A DNA stretch of 64,000 nt from an uncultured delta proteobacterium (GCA_963845515.1 CAWJSR010000010.1:1-64000), one strand, 5' to 3'. Shown: positions 41,631 through 53,043, counted from the stretch's first letter. Numbers and translations: made by a program. The notes: a model not told the origin generated them from the letters alone.

Positions 41631-42101
41631 TCAAACTCGCTTCTCAGCGATCACGGCCTCACGCTCAGCTTCCAGACGGTGCAGGCCGTTCTCCACCACG
41701 CGTATCTGGCGTGTCAGCTCCGCCTGCAGCTGGCTCAGCGCGTTGTACACGTAGTCGTCAGCATCCGCCTGCAGCCGGTCGGCCTTTTGCCGCGCCTCCT
41801 GGACGATGGTCTTGGCTTGTCGCTGAGCGTCGACCACAAATTGGTGACTGGCAGCTAGGCGCTCGCCTTCCTCCCGCGCCTTGGTGACGATACGCTCTGC
41901 CTCCTGGCGCGCAGCCTCAATCACGGCATCGCCATCACGCACAACCCGGCGCGCCTGTTCGATCTCCTCAGGCACTGTCTGGCGCAGTTGGGCGAGGTAT
42001 CCCCGCACCTCATCCTCATTGACCATCCGGTTCCCGAGGAACCGCGGGCACTCCTCAGTGAGGTAGCGCTCGAGACGATCGATCAGGAAGTCGACATCCA
42101 T
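41631..42101 (-). CDS. coiled-coil protein of the type commonly found downstream of coaD
   Basis: LIDRLE...PEEIEQAR...ADDY..L..L. Confidence 0.75.
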   Translation of the reverse strand: MDVDFLIDRLERYLTEECPRFLGNRMVNEDEVRGYLAQLRQTVPEEIEQARRVVRDGDAVIEAARQEAERIVTKAREEGERLAASHQFVVDAQRQAKTIVQEARQKADRLQADADDYVYNALSQLQAELTRQIRVVENGLHRLEAEREAVIAEKRV

Positions 42102-42152
42102 GGTCCCTCCTCACTCAACACGCCGCGTGGTCCGCTACCACACAGCGGCGCC

Positions 42153-42668
42153 TCAGCGCCCATCCAACAGGATCCTGGCGTCCGCGCCATCGGACTGGCG
42201 CTTCTCGGCCAGTGCCCGCAGCACCAGTGGACTCACCATCCCCGACACATCACCGCCGGCTTCAAAGACTTCCTTGATCAGACTGGCGCTGACAAAGGCG
42301 TACTCATAGCGAGTCATCAGGCAGATCGTCTCCACCGTCGCGCTGAGCTGCTGGTTCATCAAGGCCATCTGATACTCGCGCTCGAAATCCGAGATCACGC
42401 GAAGCCCCCGCACCAGTGTCTGCGCACCACACCTGCGCGCCAAATGCACGGTCATCCCGGTATACGGCATAACCTCGATGTTGGCGTAGGGAGCCAGGAT
42501 CGCGGTTGCCAGCGACACACGCTCATCGACCGAGAACAGCAGGGACTTCTGGGGCACAGCATAGATCGCAAAGATGAGCTTGTCAAAGAGCGCAGCAGCC
42601 CGCGTGGCGATGTCGGTATGCCCGTTATGGATCGGGTCGAACGAGCCGGGATAGATGGCGATACGCAT
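42153..42668 (-). CDS. coaD: phosphopantetheine adenylyltransferase
   Basis: IAIYPGSFDPIHNGH, RGLRVISDFEREY. Confidence 0.97.
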   Translation of the reverse strand: MRIAIYPGSFDPIHNGHTDIATRAAALFDKLIFAIYAVPQKSLLFSVDERVSLATAILAPYANIEVMPYTGMTVHLARRCGAQTLVRGLRVISDFEREYQMALMNQQLSATVETICLMTRYEYAFVSASLIKEVFEAGGDVSGMVSPLVLRALAEKRQSDGADARILLDGR

Positions 42669-42672
42669 GCCG

Positions 42673-45235
42673 TCAGCTCAGATCCCCGGCGTTCTGCCAG
42701 AGCGCAGCAACGCGCTCGTGCAGCAGGCGATGCTCGGGCAGCACTAGGTCCGGATCCTCAGCCAGCAGCGCACTGGCCACAGCGCGCACGTCGTGCAGCA
42801 GCTTGACATCGGTGAACTCGGCCATGGGCAGTGCGGGGAAGCCGCTCTGCTGCGTGCCAAGAAACTCGCCGGGACCTCGCATCGCCAGATCCTTCTCCGC
42901 AAGCACAAACCCGTCGTGTGTCGACTCCACTGCAGCCAGCCGCTCAGTTGCCTCCGCAGAGGCAGTCCCGGCGAGCAGGAGGCAGTAGGACTGGTCGGCA
43001 CCGCGGCCAACCCTCCCGCGGAACTGGTGCAACTGGGCCAGACCGAACCGGTCTGCGCCGTCGATAAGCATCACCGTTGCGTTCGGGACATCGATGCCCA
43101 CCTCGACGACCGATGTCGCCACGAGGACATCCAGATCACCACCAGCAAACGCGGTCATGACCTGCTCCTTGTCCGCCGGGCGCATGCGTCCGTGCAAGAG
43201 GCCCAGACGCGCCTGAGGGAAGACCTCCTTCTGCAACCGTTCGTACTCATCGGTGGCAGCTCAGAGCTTCGACGCTGTCCGAGGACTCAACCAGGGGGTA
43301 GATGATGAACGCCTGCTTGCCCTGATCCACCTGGCCCTTGATGTACGCATAGGCGCGCCCGCGCTCGCGGGGAGTCAATACCCGTGTCTTCACTTCCTGG
43401 CGTCCCGGTGGCATCTCGTCGAGCACCGACACATCCACGTGACCCCAGAACGTCAGTTCCAGGGAGCGCGGGATCGGTGTGGCGGTCATTACCAGGAGGT
43501 GCGGATTGTAGCCCTTGTCACGCAGCGTCGCCCGCTGCTCAACGCCAAAACGATGCTGCTCGTCGATCACCACGAGGGCCAGATCGCGAAACGTCACAGC
43601 CTCCTGAATCAGGGCGTGCGTGCCGACGACAGCCCGCAGGGAACCATCGGCCAGGCCGGCGTACACTTGCTCACGATCGGCGCCCGTTGTACTGCCGGTC
43701 AGTAGGCCCAGCGTTGGTCGAGGCTCCGGGAAACCGGCGAAGAGCTTCGAAAGGCTCTTGTAGTGCTGTTCAGCAAGGATCTCGGTTGGCGCCATCATAG
43801 CCACTTGGCACCCCGCGTCGGCGACGACAGCCATCACGAATGCCGCCACGGCGGTCTTGCCCGAACCGACATCGCCCTGTAACAGGCGGTTCATCGGGTC
43901 ACCGGAAGCGAGATCACCGAGCATTTCCTTCACGGCGCGCTGTTGCGCTCCTGTCAGTGGGAAGGGGAAAGCCACCTCAAGCGCGCTGACCCGCTCTGGG
44001 GCCGTGTCGATCCTGCGGCCAGGCTGGGATTTCCACTGCCGTTTCTGTTGCAGAAGGCCCAACTGTAGATACAGCACCTCCTCAAACGCCAGCCGGCGAC
44101 GCGACGCGGCGAGGTGCTCGTGGCTATCCGGAAGATGGATACCCCACAGCGCACGCGACAGCGGGAGTAACCCGCGCTCGGTGCGCAAATCGTCGGACAG
44201 CGCATCCGGAATCCGGTTTGCCCACGCACTGAGGGCTCTGCCCATGGCTTTGCGCATCCAGAGCTGGGTCAGTCCCTCGGAGAGCGGATACACTGGCTGG
44301 ATACGGGCGCTCGCCACGTCAGTCCGCCCCACGATCTCCCAGTCCGGCGAGTTCATCGTCAACCGGCCGAGGTATTCGTCGACTTTGCCGCTGATGAGCA
44401 GGTGCATCCCAGGACGAAGTCGTTCCTGGAGACGCCGCTTACCGAACCAGGTGACCTCCATCGTACCCGTTTCATCGGAGAGAATGGCGTGGAAGAGCTC
44501 CCTACCGTGGTGCGTCTTGCGCAGTCCCGCCTCCCACACCGTCGCGAGAACGCTGACACGCTCGCCGTATTCCAGGCGGTCGATCGTTCTGAGCTGCGAG
44601 TAGTCCTCGTAGCGGCGCGGAAAGGTGTAGATGAACTCACGAAGAGTCTGCACTCCCAACTTCTTCAGCAAGCTGCTGCGTTGGGCGCCGATCCCCGGCA
44701 GAACCGCAACGGGCGCCTCCAGTCCGCGTCCCTCTCCCCCCAACGCGCGGGGCCGCCGCTGCGGCGCCTGCGGTGCCGGTCGTCGCTCCGGTTGTTGGGC
44801 GGGCGCTGCCGGAGCCACTGCGACCTCGTCAGCGGGTGGGACGTCAGAGGAGAGAGCCGCGTCCTGAGTCGCCGGCACCTCAACAGCGCCTGTCACGGTC
44901 CTGGCGTCGGGGCCGGCTTTATCCACAGCGAGGGGTCGAGACGATGTGCTTGCTTCCACTGGCCTAACACCCACGCCTGGCCCCTCCCGAAGCATCGCCT
45001 GGAGTTCCTCAATCAGGGCTCGGCGCCCCGACAGGTCCAGGGCACCATACGATTCCAACCGAGTGACGACTGACGTGATCCAGGGCTCTGCGGCTTCGTC
45101 AAACGCCTCACGCGCCTGCCGCCGCCATGTCTCAACATAGCCCGCCAAACCGCCCGATACGGCGCGGTCACGGTAGGCGAAGTCACGCGCCTCGAGAGCC
45201 AACATCTTGCCCAATGTTTCCAATGGTCTAGCCAT
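42673..45235 (-). CDS. recG: ATP-dependent DNA helicase RecG (frameshift near 43255)
   Basis: RLLQGDVGSGKT, DEQHRFG, MTATPIPR, QLHQFRGRVGRG, RGPGEFLG. Confidence 0.96.
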
Positions 45236-45339
45236 CGTTTCTCCGCATGTCGATATCCGGCCCCATCCAGTGGTTTCAGCCGGACAGGTCATCAATAGTC
45301 ATAGCTCTACGCGCGTACTGGCGCAGAGACTCCCTTCGC

Positions 45340-46209
45340 CTAACGCCAGACCCCCTCATACACGATCAGGCCCAGCCCTTCCGGGCCGATATGAGACGCG
45401 ATGATCGGGTCATAGACGATAAACGGTATGTCGAGGCCGGGCGCGATCTGCAGCAGCCTTTCCCGCAGGTCCAGTGCTTCGACATCCGCGGCCTCCTGCC
45501 CCTGGAAGATGACCAGCTTATTGATCCGCGAGAATTCGGATGCGAATTCCACAAGGCGGTCGATCGCCCGCTCGGGCCGGCGGCTCTTCTCCAGGGGGAT
45601 CATATCCCCATCCTCAATCTCAACGAAGGGGTGGATCTTCAGCATCGAGCCCAGGATTGCCTGCGCTGCAGTCAGCTTTCCACTGCGGTAGATATAGTCC
45701 AGGGTGTGGGACACCATTACCACATAGATACGGGGAATCATCCCCCGGATCCGGCGCACGACCTCAGCAAGCGGGAGGTCACCCCGCTGAAGCAGCTCTC
45801 CGGCTCGATCGACAAGTAGTCCCAGACCCACCGACACTGTCTGGGAATCTAGGATCGTGATATCGCACCGGCCCATGAAATCACGCGCTGCAGCCCGCGC
45901 ATTCCTCACGACCGGGCTCAGCCGGCCCGACGACAGCGCCACCAGGATCTGGTTGGTCCGATGGAGGGACCGTTCGAATACGGCGCGAAAGTCGTCCACG
46001 GATGGCCCAATGATCTCAATCATCTCACGGGACTGCCTCAGATCAGCAAGCAGCCCCACATGTCCCGGCGTCTGCTGGTCAAACAGGTAAGTGCGCCCAC
46101 CGGCGGCTGCAACGATCGGCAGCACCGTTACGCCCAACTCCCGCAGTCGGTCCATCGGAAGGAAGGCAGTACCGTCTGTGATCATCTGGATCTGAGAGTT
46201 CCCCGCCAC
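45340..46209 (-). CDS. DegV (FakB-like) family protein
   Basis: ITDGTA, LSSGRLS, DSQTVSVGLG, IASHIGPEGLG. Confidence 0.9.
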   Translation of the reverse strand: MAGNSQIQMITDGTAFLPMDRLRELGVTVLPIVAAAGGRTYLFDQQTPGHVGLLADLRQSREMIEIIGPSVDDFRAVFERSLHRTNQILVALSSGRLSPVVRNARAAARDFMGRCDITILDSQTVSVGLGLLVDRAGELLQRGDLPLAEVVRRIRGMIPRIYVVMVSHTLDYIYRSGKLTAAQAILGSMLKIHPFVEIEDGDMIPLEKSRRPERAIDRLVEFASEFSRINKLVIFQGQEAADVEALDLRERLLQIAPGLDIPFIVYDPIIASHIGPEGLGLIVYEGVWR

Positions 46210-46324
46210 GCGCTTGCTCCTGACTTGTTTGTTGACCTACGAACCGCATCTGACTTAGGACACGCACAGTCCTACCGGGCAGTCCAACCAGCGCTCCGCC
46301 ATCGCGGGGCGACGCGAGCCACGA

Positions 46325-48010
46325 TCACTCTATCGACAGAATGTACGGGTAGTGCGGCTGCCCACCGTTAATGACCTCGAATTCAAGATCCGGGTAAGAG
46401 CTGGAGAGCTCACCTACCAGCGCATTTGCCTGAGCCTCGGACACCTGCGACCCGAAGTACAACGTCACCAGCTCACGGTCATCGATTGCGGCCTCAGCCA
46501 ACAGCCACCGCACCGCCTCCTCGAACGAACTGGCATCGACCACCAGCTCATCCTCCAGCAATCCAATAGCATCGCCCTCGCGCACCTGAATACCGTTAAG
46601 GCGCACATCGCGCGTTGCTGATGTGACCTCAGCAGTGATCACCCCGGACGATGAAGCCAGCATCGCCGCCGCGTTCTCACCCAACGCAGCGTCGTGATCC
46701 AGGGCCAACATCGCCGCAACGCCTTGGGGAATCGTGCGGGTGGGAACGACCTCAACCCGCTTGCCATCCGCCATCTGGGCTGCCTGTTGCGCCGTCATCA
46801 GGATGTTCGGGTTGTTGGGCAAGACGATCACATCCTCGGAGGTCGTGCGGCTGATCGCTTCCACAATCTGCGCTGTACTCGGGTTCATCGTCTGACCACC
46901 CTCGATCACAACCGACGCTCCGAGACTGTAGAAGACATTCGCCAGCCCCTCACCCGAGGAGACGGCGATCACGCTGATTGCGGTCTCCTCGACTTGTCCC
47001 AGAAGGGCTGCCGGCACTAGCGGGCCCGACCGGGCCGCTTTGCGATCAGCTGAGTAGGCCTCGAATTGGACCCGCATATCCTCCACCACCACATCCGTCA
47101 CCGAGCCGAATCGGGCACCAAAGCTAATCGGCGCGCCAGGATCCGCCACGTGGACGTGGACTTTGACCGCAACCTCATCGCCAACCGTGAGCGGGCAATC
47201 TCCCAAGGCCTCGATCCCCGAGCGGATGGCCGGCACGTCCAAGTTGGAGCCCATGATGAGCAATTGCACGTCATACGGATAGGCACTGTCGAACTCGACA
47301 CCAGCGCCACCTTCCGGGTGCGCGTCCAGTTGCAGATGAGCCACGTCTAGCTGAGATGGGATCGCCGCCACTGGAAGTCCTTTCAGATCGCGCGCCATAC
47401 CTTCGAAGATGATGTACAGCCCCTGGCCGCCCGAGTCGACCACACCAGCCTGACGCAGCACTGGTAACAGGGTTGGCGTCCGAGCCACAGATGCGCCCGC
47501 GCGAAGGACCAGCCGGTCAAACAAATCGACCATGTCGGGCGACTCCGCAACTGCCGCGGCCGCTTCCTCCGCCATTTCCCGCACGACTGTGAGGATCGTC
47601 CCCTCAACAGGTTTGACGACACCCTTGTAAGCTGTGTCCGCAGCGGAGTGCATAGCTTCCGCGATCGTCTCGGGCGTGATGCGCGAGTGCCCATCGAGAC
47701 CGTGAGCAAACCCACGCCAGATCTGTGACAATATCACGCCGGAGTTGCCGCGGGCGCCCATCAGTGCTCCGTGCGCAAGCATCGTCATCAGCCGACCGAC
47801 GTGAGGTTCCACAACATCGGCGATCTCTTCCCATGCCGAGACCATCGTGAGACTCATATTGGTTCCGGTGTCCCCGTCCGGAACTGGGAACACGTTCAGT
47901 GCGTTGATGGCATCCTGGTGTTGGCGCAGCCAGGATAGGGCCGCCGCGATCATCGGCTTGAGACGGAGCCCGTCCAGAGCTCGCAGAGTATCACCATCGG
48001 GCATACTCAC
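46325..48010 (-). CDS. DAK2-domain fatty acid kinase subunit (FakA/YloV)
   Basis: LNVFPVPDGDTGTNM, GARGNSGVILSQ, GGQTMNPS, GGQPHYPY. Confidence 0.95.
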   Translation of the reverse strand: MSMPDGDTLRALDGLRLKPMIAAALSWLRQHQDAINALNVFPVPDGDTGTNMSLTMVSAWEEIADVVEPHVGRLMTMLAHGALMGARGNSGVILSQIWRGFAHGLDGHSRITPETIAEAMHSAADTAYKGVVKPVEGTILTVVREMAEEAAAAVAESPDMVDLFDRLVLRAGASVARTPTLLPVLRQAGVVDSGGQGLYIIFEGMARDLKGLPVAAIPSQLDVAHLQLDAHPEGGAGVEFDSAYPYDVQLLIMGSNLDVPAIRSGIEALGDCPLTVGDEVAVKVHVHVADPGAPISFGARFGSVTDVVVEDMRVQFEAYSADRKAARSGPLVPAALLGQVEETAISVIAVSSGEGLANVFYSLGASVVIEGGQTMNPSTAQIVEAISRTTSEDVIVLPNNPNILMTAQQAAQMADGKRVEVVPTRTIPQGVAAMLALDHDAALGENAAAMLASSSGVITAEVTSATRDVRLNGIQVREGDAIGLLEDELVVDASSFEEAVRWLLAEAAIDDRELVTLYFGSQVSEAQANALVGELSSSYPDLEFEVINGGQPHYPYILSIE

Positions 48011-48379
48011 AGTTCGCCCCCCCTGACCCATGTCACTGACGCGCAAAGCTTGAACGTGAACGTTAACCTGCTCGACCTCAAGCTCCAGAGCACGTTCCAC
48101 CTGGTACTTCACCACGTGTCTGATACTGTCAGCGACACTGGTGATGCGCGCCCCGTATTCTACCACCACGTAGAGATCGACAACGATACGGTCATCGCGC
48201 ACGATTACCTCGACGCCACGCTTGCAATCGGCAGACAGTATATCAGCGAGGCCCGTCGCGAAGTTCCGCGGCACCGTGCCTACCACGCCGTAGTTGGTCT
48301 GGACGGCCTCACTGACGATGGATGCAATCGCCGCCTGCGCCACCTCGATCTTCCCGCGTGCTTCTAGGTGGTCGTCCAT
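48007..48379 (-). CDS. Asp23/YloU family protein (reads in frame into DAK2 as sequenced)
   Basis: GKIEVAQAAIASIV...YGVVG...VEYG...VNVHVQ. Confidence 0.88.
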
Positions 48380-48451
48380 AGCGCCTCCTCTGGTTGCGTC
48401 TTCCATGCTTTGTGGTATCATAGCTCAGTCATCGAAAATAAGAGGTGGATA

Positions 48452-48511
48452 ATGGCTAAGTGTGAGATTTGTGGCAAGACCCCGATGTTCGGGCATAACG
48501 TGAGTCACTCA
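48452..48511 (+). CDS. rpmB: 50S ribosomal protein L28, first 20 codons only (cut at the junction)
   Basis: MAKCEICGKTPMFGHNVSHS; RBS; divergent from yloU-yloV as usual. Confidence 0.9.
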
Positions 48512-49353
48512 ATCCCGGTCGAGACGGTCGTCGCGGACGTCGCGGGCCAGGTCGCGGCTGGCGCGCGCCACGTCACGTTCGGAGACCCCGACTTCCGTGA
48601 ACGGCCCCGGCCACGCGCTCCGGGTCGCGCGGGCGGTCAAGGACCGCTGCCCCGACCTCACCTTCGACTTCACCGCGAAGGTGGAGCACCTCGTCGGCCA
48701 CCCGGGGCCGGTGGCTGAGCTGGGGCGGCTCGGGGCGCTCTTCGTGACCACGGCGGTCGAGTCGCTCTCCGACCGCGTGCTCGCCCCGCTCGCGAAGGGG
48801 CACCGGCGCGCGGACGTGGAGGCTGCCTTCGCCGTGGCCTCCAGCGCCGGCATCGCGGTCCGGCCCACGCTCGTCCCCTTCACGCCGTGGGAGACGCTCG
48901 ACGGCTACCTCGACCTGCTCGACACCTTCGCAGCGCGCGGCTGGCTTCCGGACGTCGACCCGGTCCAGCTGACGCTGCGGCTCCTAATCCCCCCCGGGCT
49001 CGCTCCTCGAAGGGGCAACAGACGTCCAGCTCGAGGGGCTCGACGAGCGGGCCCTCACCTGGCGCTGGCGCCACCCGGACCCGAGGATGGATGCCCTCCA
49101 GCGCGAGGTCGCGGCCGCCGCCGCGGAGGGCGAGCGCCGAGGCGAGCCTCCGCAGGAGACACAGGCCCGGATCCTGGCGCTCGCGGCCCTGGCCGCCGGG
49201 CGCGCGCTGCGGGCCCAACCGTGCCGACGCCACACAGCGGGCGCAGGGGCCCGCGCCTCACCGAACACTGGTTCTGTTGAGCGGAGCCTCTCGGCGCGGC
49301 AGACCGGTCTGGTCTGCGGAGAAGACGAAGACGCTTCCCGTTCACTGCGTTAG
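48512..49353 (+). CDS. CUAEP-tail radical SAM selenoprotein, C-terminal part (frameshifted)
   Basis: GARHVTFGDPDF/NGP.HA, FTAKVEHL, AVESL, PFTPW, VDPVQL, PRLTEHWFC-TGA-AEP. Confidence 0.85.
49299..49317 (+). promoter_or_regulatory. candidate bacterial SECIS hairpin
   Basis: gcagacc-GGTCT-ggtctgc; the loop begins with G, 26 nt after the in-frame TGA at 49278-49280. Confidence 0.65.
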
Positions 49354-49548
49354 GAGGGCGCACGGACGGGGACCAACTGGCACCCGACCCGCCCTCGTCG
49401 AGATCCGGCACATCCTTCCCCTTCGGTTCCCGCGCCAGAAGCGGCTCATCAGGGGGAGGCTGCGCCCGGGGCGGCGTCGGCGAGCGCACGCCCGCTGGTG
49501 GTTCGCGCCGCGGCTCCGGCTGACCGTAGCGTTCGCGCGACTCCGCCG

Positions 49549-50694
49549 TCAGGCCGGAGCAGGGGGTCGTGAAGGCGGCCGGGCGGCGCCCCGCGAGTAC
49601 CGGTCCATCCAGCCGTCCCCGAAGCTCTGCCGCGCGGCCAAATCGTTATGCAAGGCGCACGCGATCCGGATGTTACCGACGGTCGACCTCCCTCCGCGCG
49701 CGACCGGCACGATGTGGTCGTACTGCAGACGATGGGTCGAGCCGCAGACGCCGCCGTCGGAGGTCGGCCAGACGCACCTCCCCCCGTCCCGGAGCCAGAC
49801 CTGCCGCCTCACTTCGGCCGGGATGTAACGCGACTCCGGCTCCGAGGGCGAACGTGCTCCCTCGCCCCCTCCCTTGCGAGGCCGCTTCACCAGCCCCTTC
49901 CGCTTCGCCGCCCGTTCGAGGAGAAGGTCGAGCCCCGCCTCGAGGATGGCCGCCTCGTCGGCTCCCGGGTGGGAGTGGGAGAGGGCGTCCTTCGCGGCCG
50001 CGAGCTTGCGCATGAACTCCTTCGACACCGTCGCGTGGAGCCGGTGGAGGCTCGCGGTGAGGGGCTCGGAGGTGGAGCGAGGGGCCCTGGCGCGCGCAGC
50101 CGGGGGCGGCGGCGGTGCGAGCAGCGGCACGGCCCCACCCGCCGCCGGCGCCGCGTTCACTGCGAGCGTTTCGCCTGGAAGAAGTGATTGACCCAGCTCA
50201 AGTGCCGGCGCGGAGGCGGGTGCCGGCGCCAACGAAACCGTGGCGGCCGCCCGGGCCGGCAGCGCCAGCGAAGCCACCGCCGTCACGACGACTCGCTGGG
50301 GAACCGCGTCGCGGGGAGCGATCTCGGCCGCCACCGCCTTCGCCTCGTTCTTGGAGGCGTGGAAGAAGCGCGGCAGGACCTCGGCCCGGTTCTCCGCCGT
50401 GACGACCTTCGCCAGCTCGCAGACGCTGGAGATACATAGCCGCCCGTCCCGGAGGGGCGCCTCCGCCTCCGGGAAGCGCTGGAGGAGCTCCGCCGCGGTC
50501 TTCCGGAGGAAGGCGGCCCCGGAGGAGAGCCTCAGCTCCCGGCGCAGGTAGTAGAAGAGGCTGGTGTAGCCCATGCCGACCCAGAGCCGGCGCCGGTCGA
50601 AGTCCGAGAGGGCGACAAGAAAGTCGGCCATTCCTCCCTGCTCGCGACGGAGGAGGACGAGGAGGCGGGACGAGAGTTCGAGTGCGTTGTCCAT
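49549..50694 (-). CDS. HNH endonuclease domain protein
   Basis: IPAEVRRQVWLRDGGRC...CGS...YDHIVPVARGG.ST..N....CALHN. Confidence 0.9.
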   Translation of the reverse strand: MDNALELSSRLLVLLRREQGGMADFLVALSDFDRRRLWVGMGYTSLFYYLRRELRLSSGAAFLRKTAAELLQRFPEAEAPLRDGRLCISSVCELAKVVTAENRAEVLPRFFHASKNEAKAVAAEIAPRDAVPQRVVVTAVASLALPARAAATVSLAPAPASAPALELGQSLLPGETLAVNAAPAAGGAVPLLAPPPPPAARARAPRSTSEPLTASLHRLHATVSKEFMRKLAAAKDALSHSHPGADEAAILEAGLDLLLERAAKRKGLVKRPRKGGGEGARSPSEPESRYIPAEVRRQVWLRDGGRCVWPTSDGGVCGSTHRLQYDHIVPVARGGRSTVGNIRIACALHNDLAARQSFGDGWMDRYSRGAARPPSRPPAPA

Positions 50695-51188
50695 GCACGA
50701 ATACTCTCATGCGATCTCGCACCCTCCGTAAACGCGCGCGTTCGCCGTCTGGCGCGAGTTCCGGCATGGGGGCTTCTGCCTCCGAAGGCGAACCCGCCCG
50801 ACGCGGCTGCATGCGCGCGGTAAGTCCTGGCGCGGGATTCCGAGCAACCTCGTCATGCAAGGCGCGATTCCGCCAGACCCGCGTCAAGCGGATTCATCAG
50901 CGGCATTTCGCCGTACGTGAACCCGGCTCGCGCGCCGGCGCGCCGACTCCCCCCACGCTCCCAGCCGCGCCCAGGCCCCCCGCAGCGGGACCACGGCGGC
51001 TAGCGGGGGCGAGCGCCGGAGTCGAAGCCGCCTGCGAAGGGCTCCTTCCCCGTGAGGAGCCGCTTCTGTCGCGGCTGCGGGTGCGGCGGAGGTCGACGCG
51101 ACGCGGTGCTTCACCGTGCAAGCGGCGCGACCGCTCGTGATGTGATCAGTAATGAGCGACCTGCCGGCGGGGCGGTACACTCTCCCGC

Positions 51189-51713
51189 ATGGTGAAGCTC
51201 ATCAGCGCCACGTACCTCGCCTTTGCGCTCTCGCTTGCGCCGCCGGCGCGAGCCGAGCCGAGGCCATGCACCCCGGCCGAGGCTGAAGCGGCGGAGCGCG
51301 CGGCCGGAACCGCGCAGCGCTCCTGGGCCGAGTTGCACGCGCAGTACGCGAAGTTCGCGAGGGACGCAGACTGCGACGACGGCGCCATCGCAGAGGGCTG
51401 GTCGGAGGCCGTGGCTCGACTCCTCGCCGACCGCTGGGGCGAATTGCAGGCTCTCGCCCAATTCGTGGAGGCGGACCCCGCCTTTCTCACCTTCGTCCTG
51501 GGGCACACCGACGCGAGCGCCGCCCGGGGCCATCTGAAGCGGGCGCATGAGAACGCCAGCACGCGCTGCCCTCCGCGACACGCTCGACTGTGTCAGCAAG
51601 TCGGGGAGGCGTCCCGCGAGGCCCTCCGCACCCTCCGGGGGGTTCTCGACGACAGTGGTGGCGCCGCTGAACCGGCGGAGGAACTACTCATGGAATGCGA
51701 TGGCGGCCGGTAG
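51189..51713 (+). CDS. small secreted Cys-containing hypothetical protein
   Basis: signal peptide; CDDGAIAEGWSE. Confidence 0.65.
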   Translation: MVKLISATYLAFALSLAPPARAEPRPCTPAEAEAAERAAGTAQRSWAELHAQYAKFARDADCDDGAIAEGWSEAVARLLADRWGELQALAQFVEADPAFLTFVLGHTDASAARGHLKRAHENASTRCPPRHARLCQQVGEASREALRTLRGVLDDSGGAAEPAEELLMECDGGR

Positions 51714-51719
51714 CCTCCT

Positions 51720-53003
51720 TTACGCCACCGGCAGCGGGGCGCGGAGGTCGATCCGGAGCTGCGCGTGTGCAGCGCGCAGCGCGCGCTCCACCTCCTCCGG
51801 GCGCTCGCCGCGCGCGAAGAGGAAGCCCAGGTAGCTGTCCCCTTCGGGGAGCGGCTGCAGCTCGCGTCCAGCAGGCGCGGTGATCACCACGTCCTCGACG
51901 CCCGGGACGGCGCGCGCCGCGTCGATCCCCGAGACCCCGTGCAGGATCCCGGCGCGCGGGATGGGGATCATCATGACCCCCGCTGCCCCGGCGTCGCGCC
52001 GGATCCGCTCCAGGGGGCTGCCGATCGCGTGGGCGACGAGCACCTCCTCGAGCGTCATCCCGGCGCCGAAGCGGAGGGTCCGGGAGCAGAGCCCCCCGAT
52101 CGAGCGCGCGGCCACCTCCAGGACGATGGGGCCGTCCGGCGAGAGGCGCAGCTCAGCGTGGATCGGTCCCTCCACCAGCCCCAGCGCGCGGCAGGCGCGG
52201 GCCGTGACGTCCGCGATCGCAGCCTGCGCCGCCGCCGGATGGCGCGACGGGGTCACGTAGATCGTCTCCTCGAAGTACGGCCCATCGAGCGGGTCGGGCT
52301 TGTCGAAGAGGGCGAGCAGCTTGAGCTCGCCGCCCCGCAGCAGCCCCTCCACCGCGACCTCCGCCCCTGGCACGAAGGACTCCAGCGAGGAGCTGGCGCC
52401 CGGCCGGCCCCTCCACGGGCCGCCGCTCACGGCGGGCACCGCGCAGGATGCGCTCGATTCTCCTCCAGGCCGAGACGAAGCCGGCGGGATCGTCGGCCCT
52501 GATCACTCCGCGGCTTCCCGAGAGGACGAGCGGCTTGAGGACGCACGGGTAGGCGGCGATTCGCGCCGCCGCCTCGGCGTCCTCGTCGAGCGTGTGGAGC
52601 CGGAACGTGGGCACGGGCACTCCGGCCGCGGCCGCGCCAGGCGGGAGGCGTGCTTGTCGGCCGTCCGACGGGCCGCCTCCGGTGGGTTGGCCGGGAGCCC
52701 GAGCCGCCCGGCCGCGAGCGCGGCGATCACGGCCGCTCCCGTCGCTCGCCGGGACTATGCCGGAGATCCTTCGACGGCCAGCCAGGCCGGCAATCTTCTC
52801 CGCGGCCGCCTCCGGGTCGCGATAGTCGAGCGCCACGTCGTCGGGGAGGTCGCCGAAGTTCTCCTCGACGCAGTGACACCGGTCAGGAGGCCAATCAGCA
52901 GCGGCACGCCGAGACGCGCAGCGGCAGCGCGAAAGTCGTCGAGCCGATAGCTCGCTGAGGGGACGAGCAGCAGCAGCTCGCCGGGAGGAGTGGTCGTGGT
53001 CAC
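51720..53003 (-). CDS. ATP-grasp domain protein (frameshifted)
   Basis: SYRLDDF, YPCVLKPLVLSGSRGVIRAD, EVAVEG, FDKPDPLDGPYFEETIYVTPS, EVAARSIGGLC. Confidence 0.88.
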
Positions 53004-53043
53004 GGCCAGGTGCTCATACCGGCCACGCAGCCCCGCGCGCACC

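Noticed and set aside
46325..48421. Asp23-DAK2 fusion protein (698 aa)
   Set aside because: The fusion depends on a G7 run at about 48017-48023. One fewer G gives a TGA overlapping the DAK2 GTG, so a homopolymer error is likely. Reads would settle it.
48368..48718. L28-radical SAM hybrid ORF
   Set aside because: It is an artefact of junction 2.
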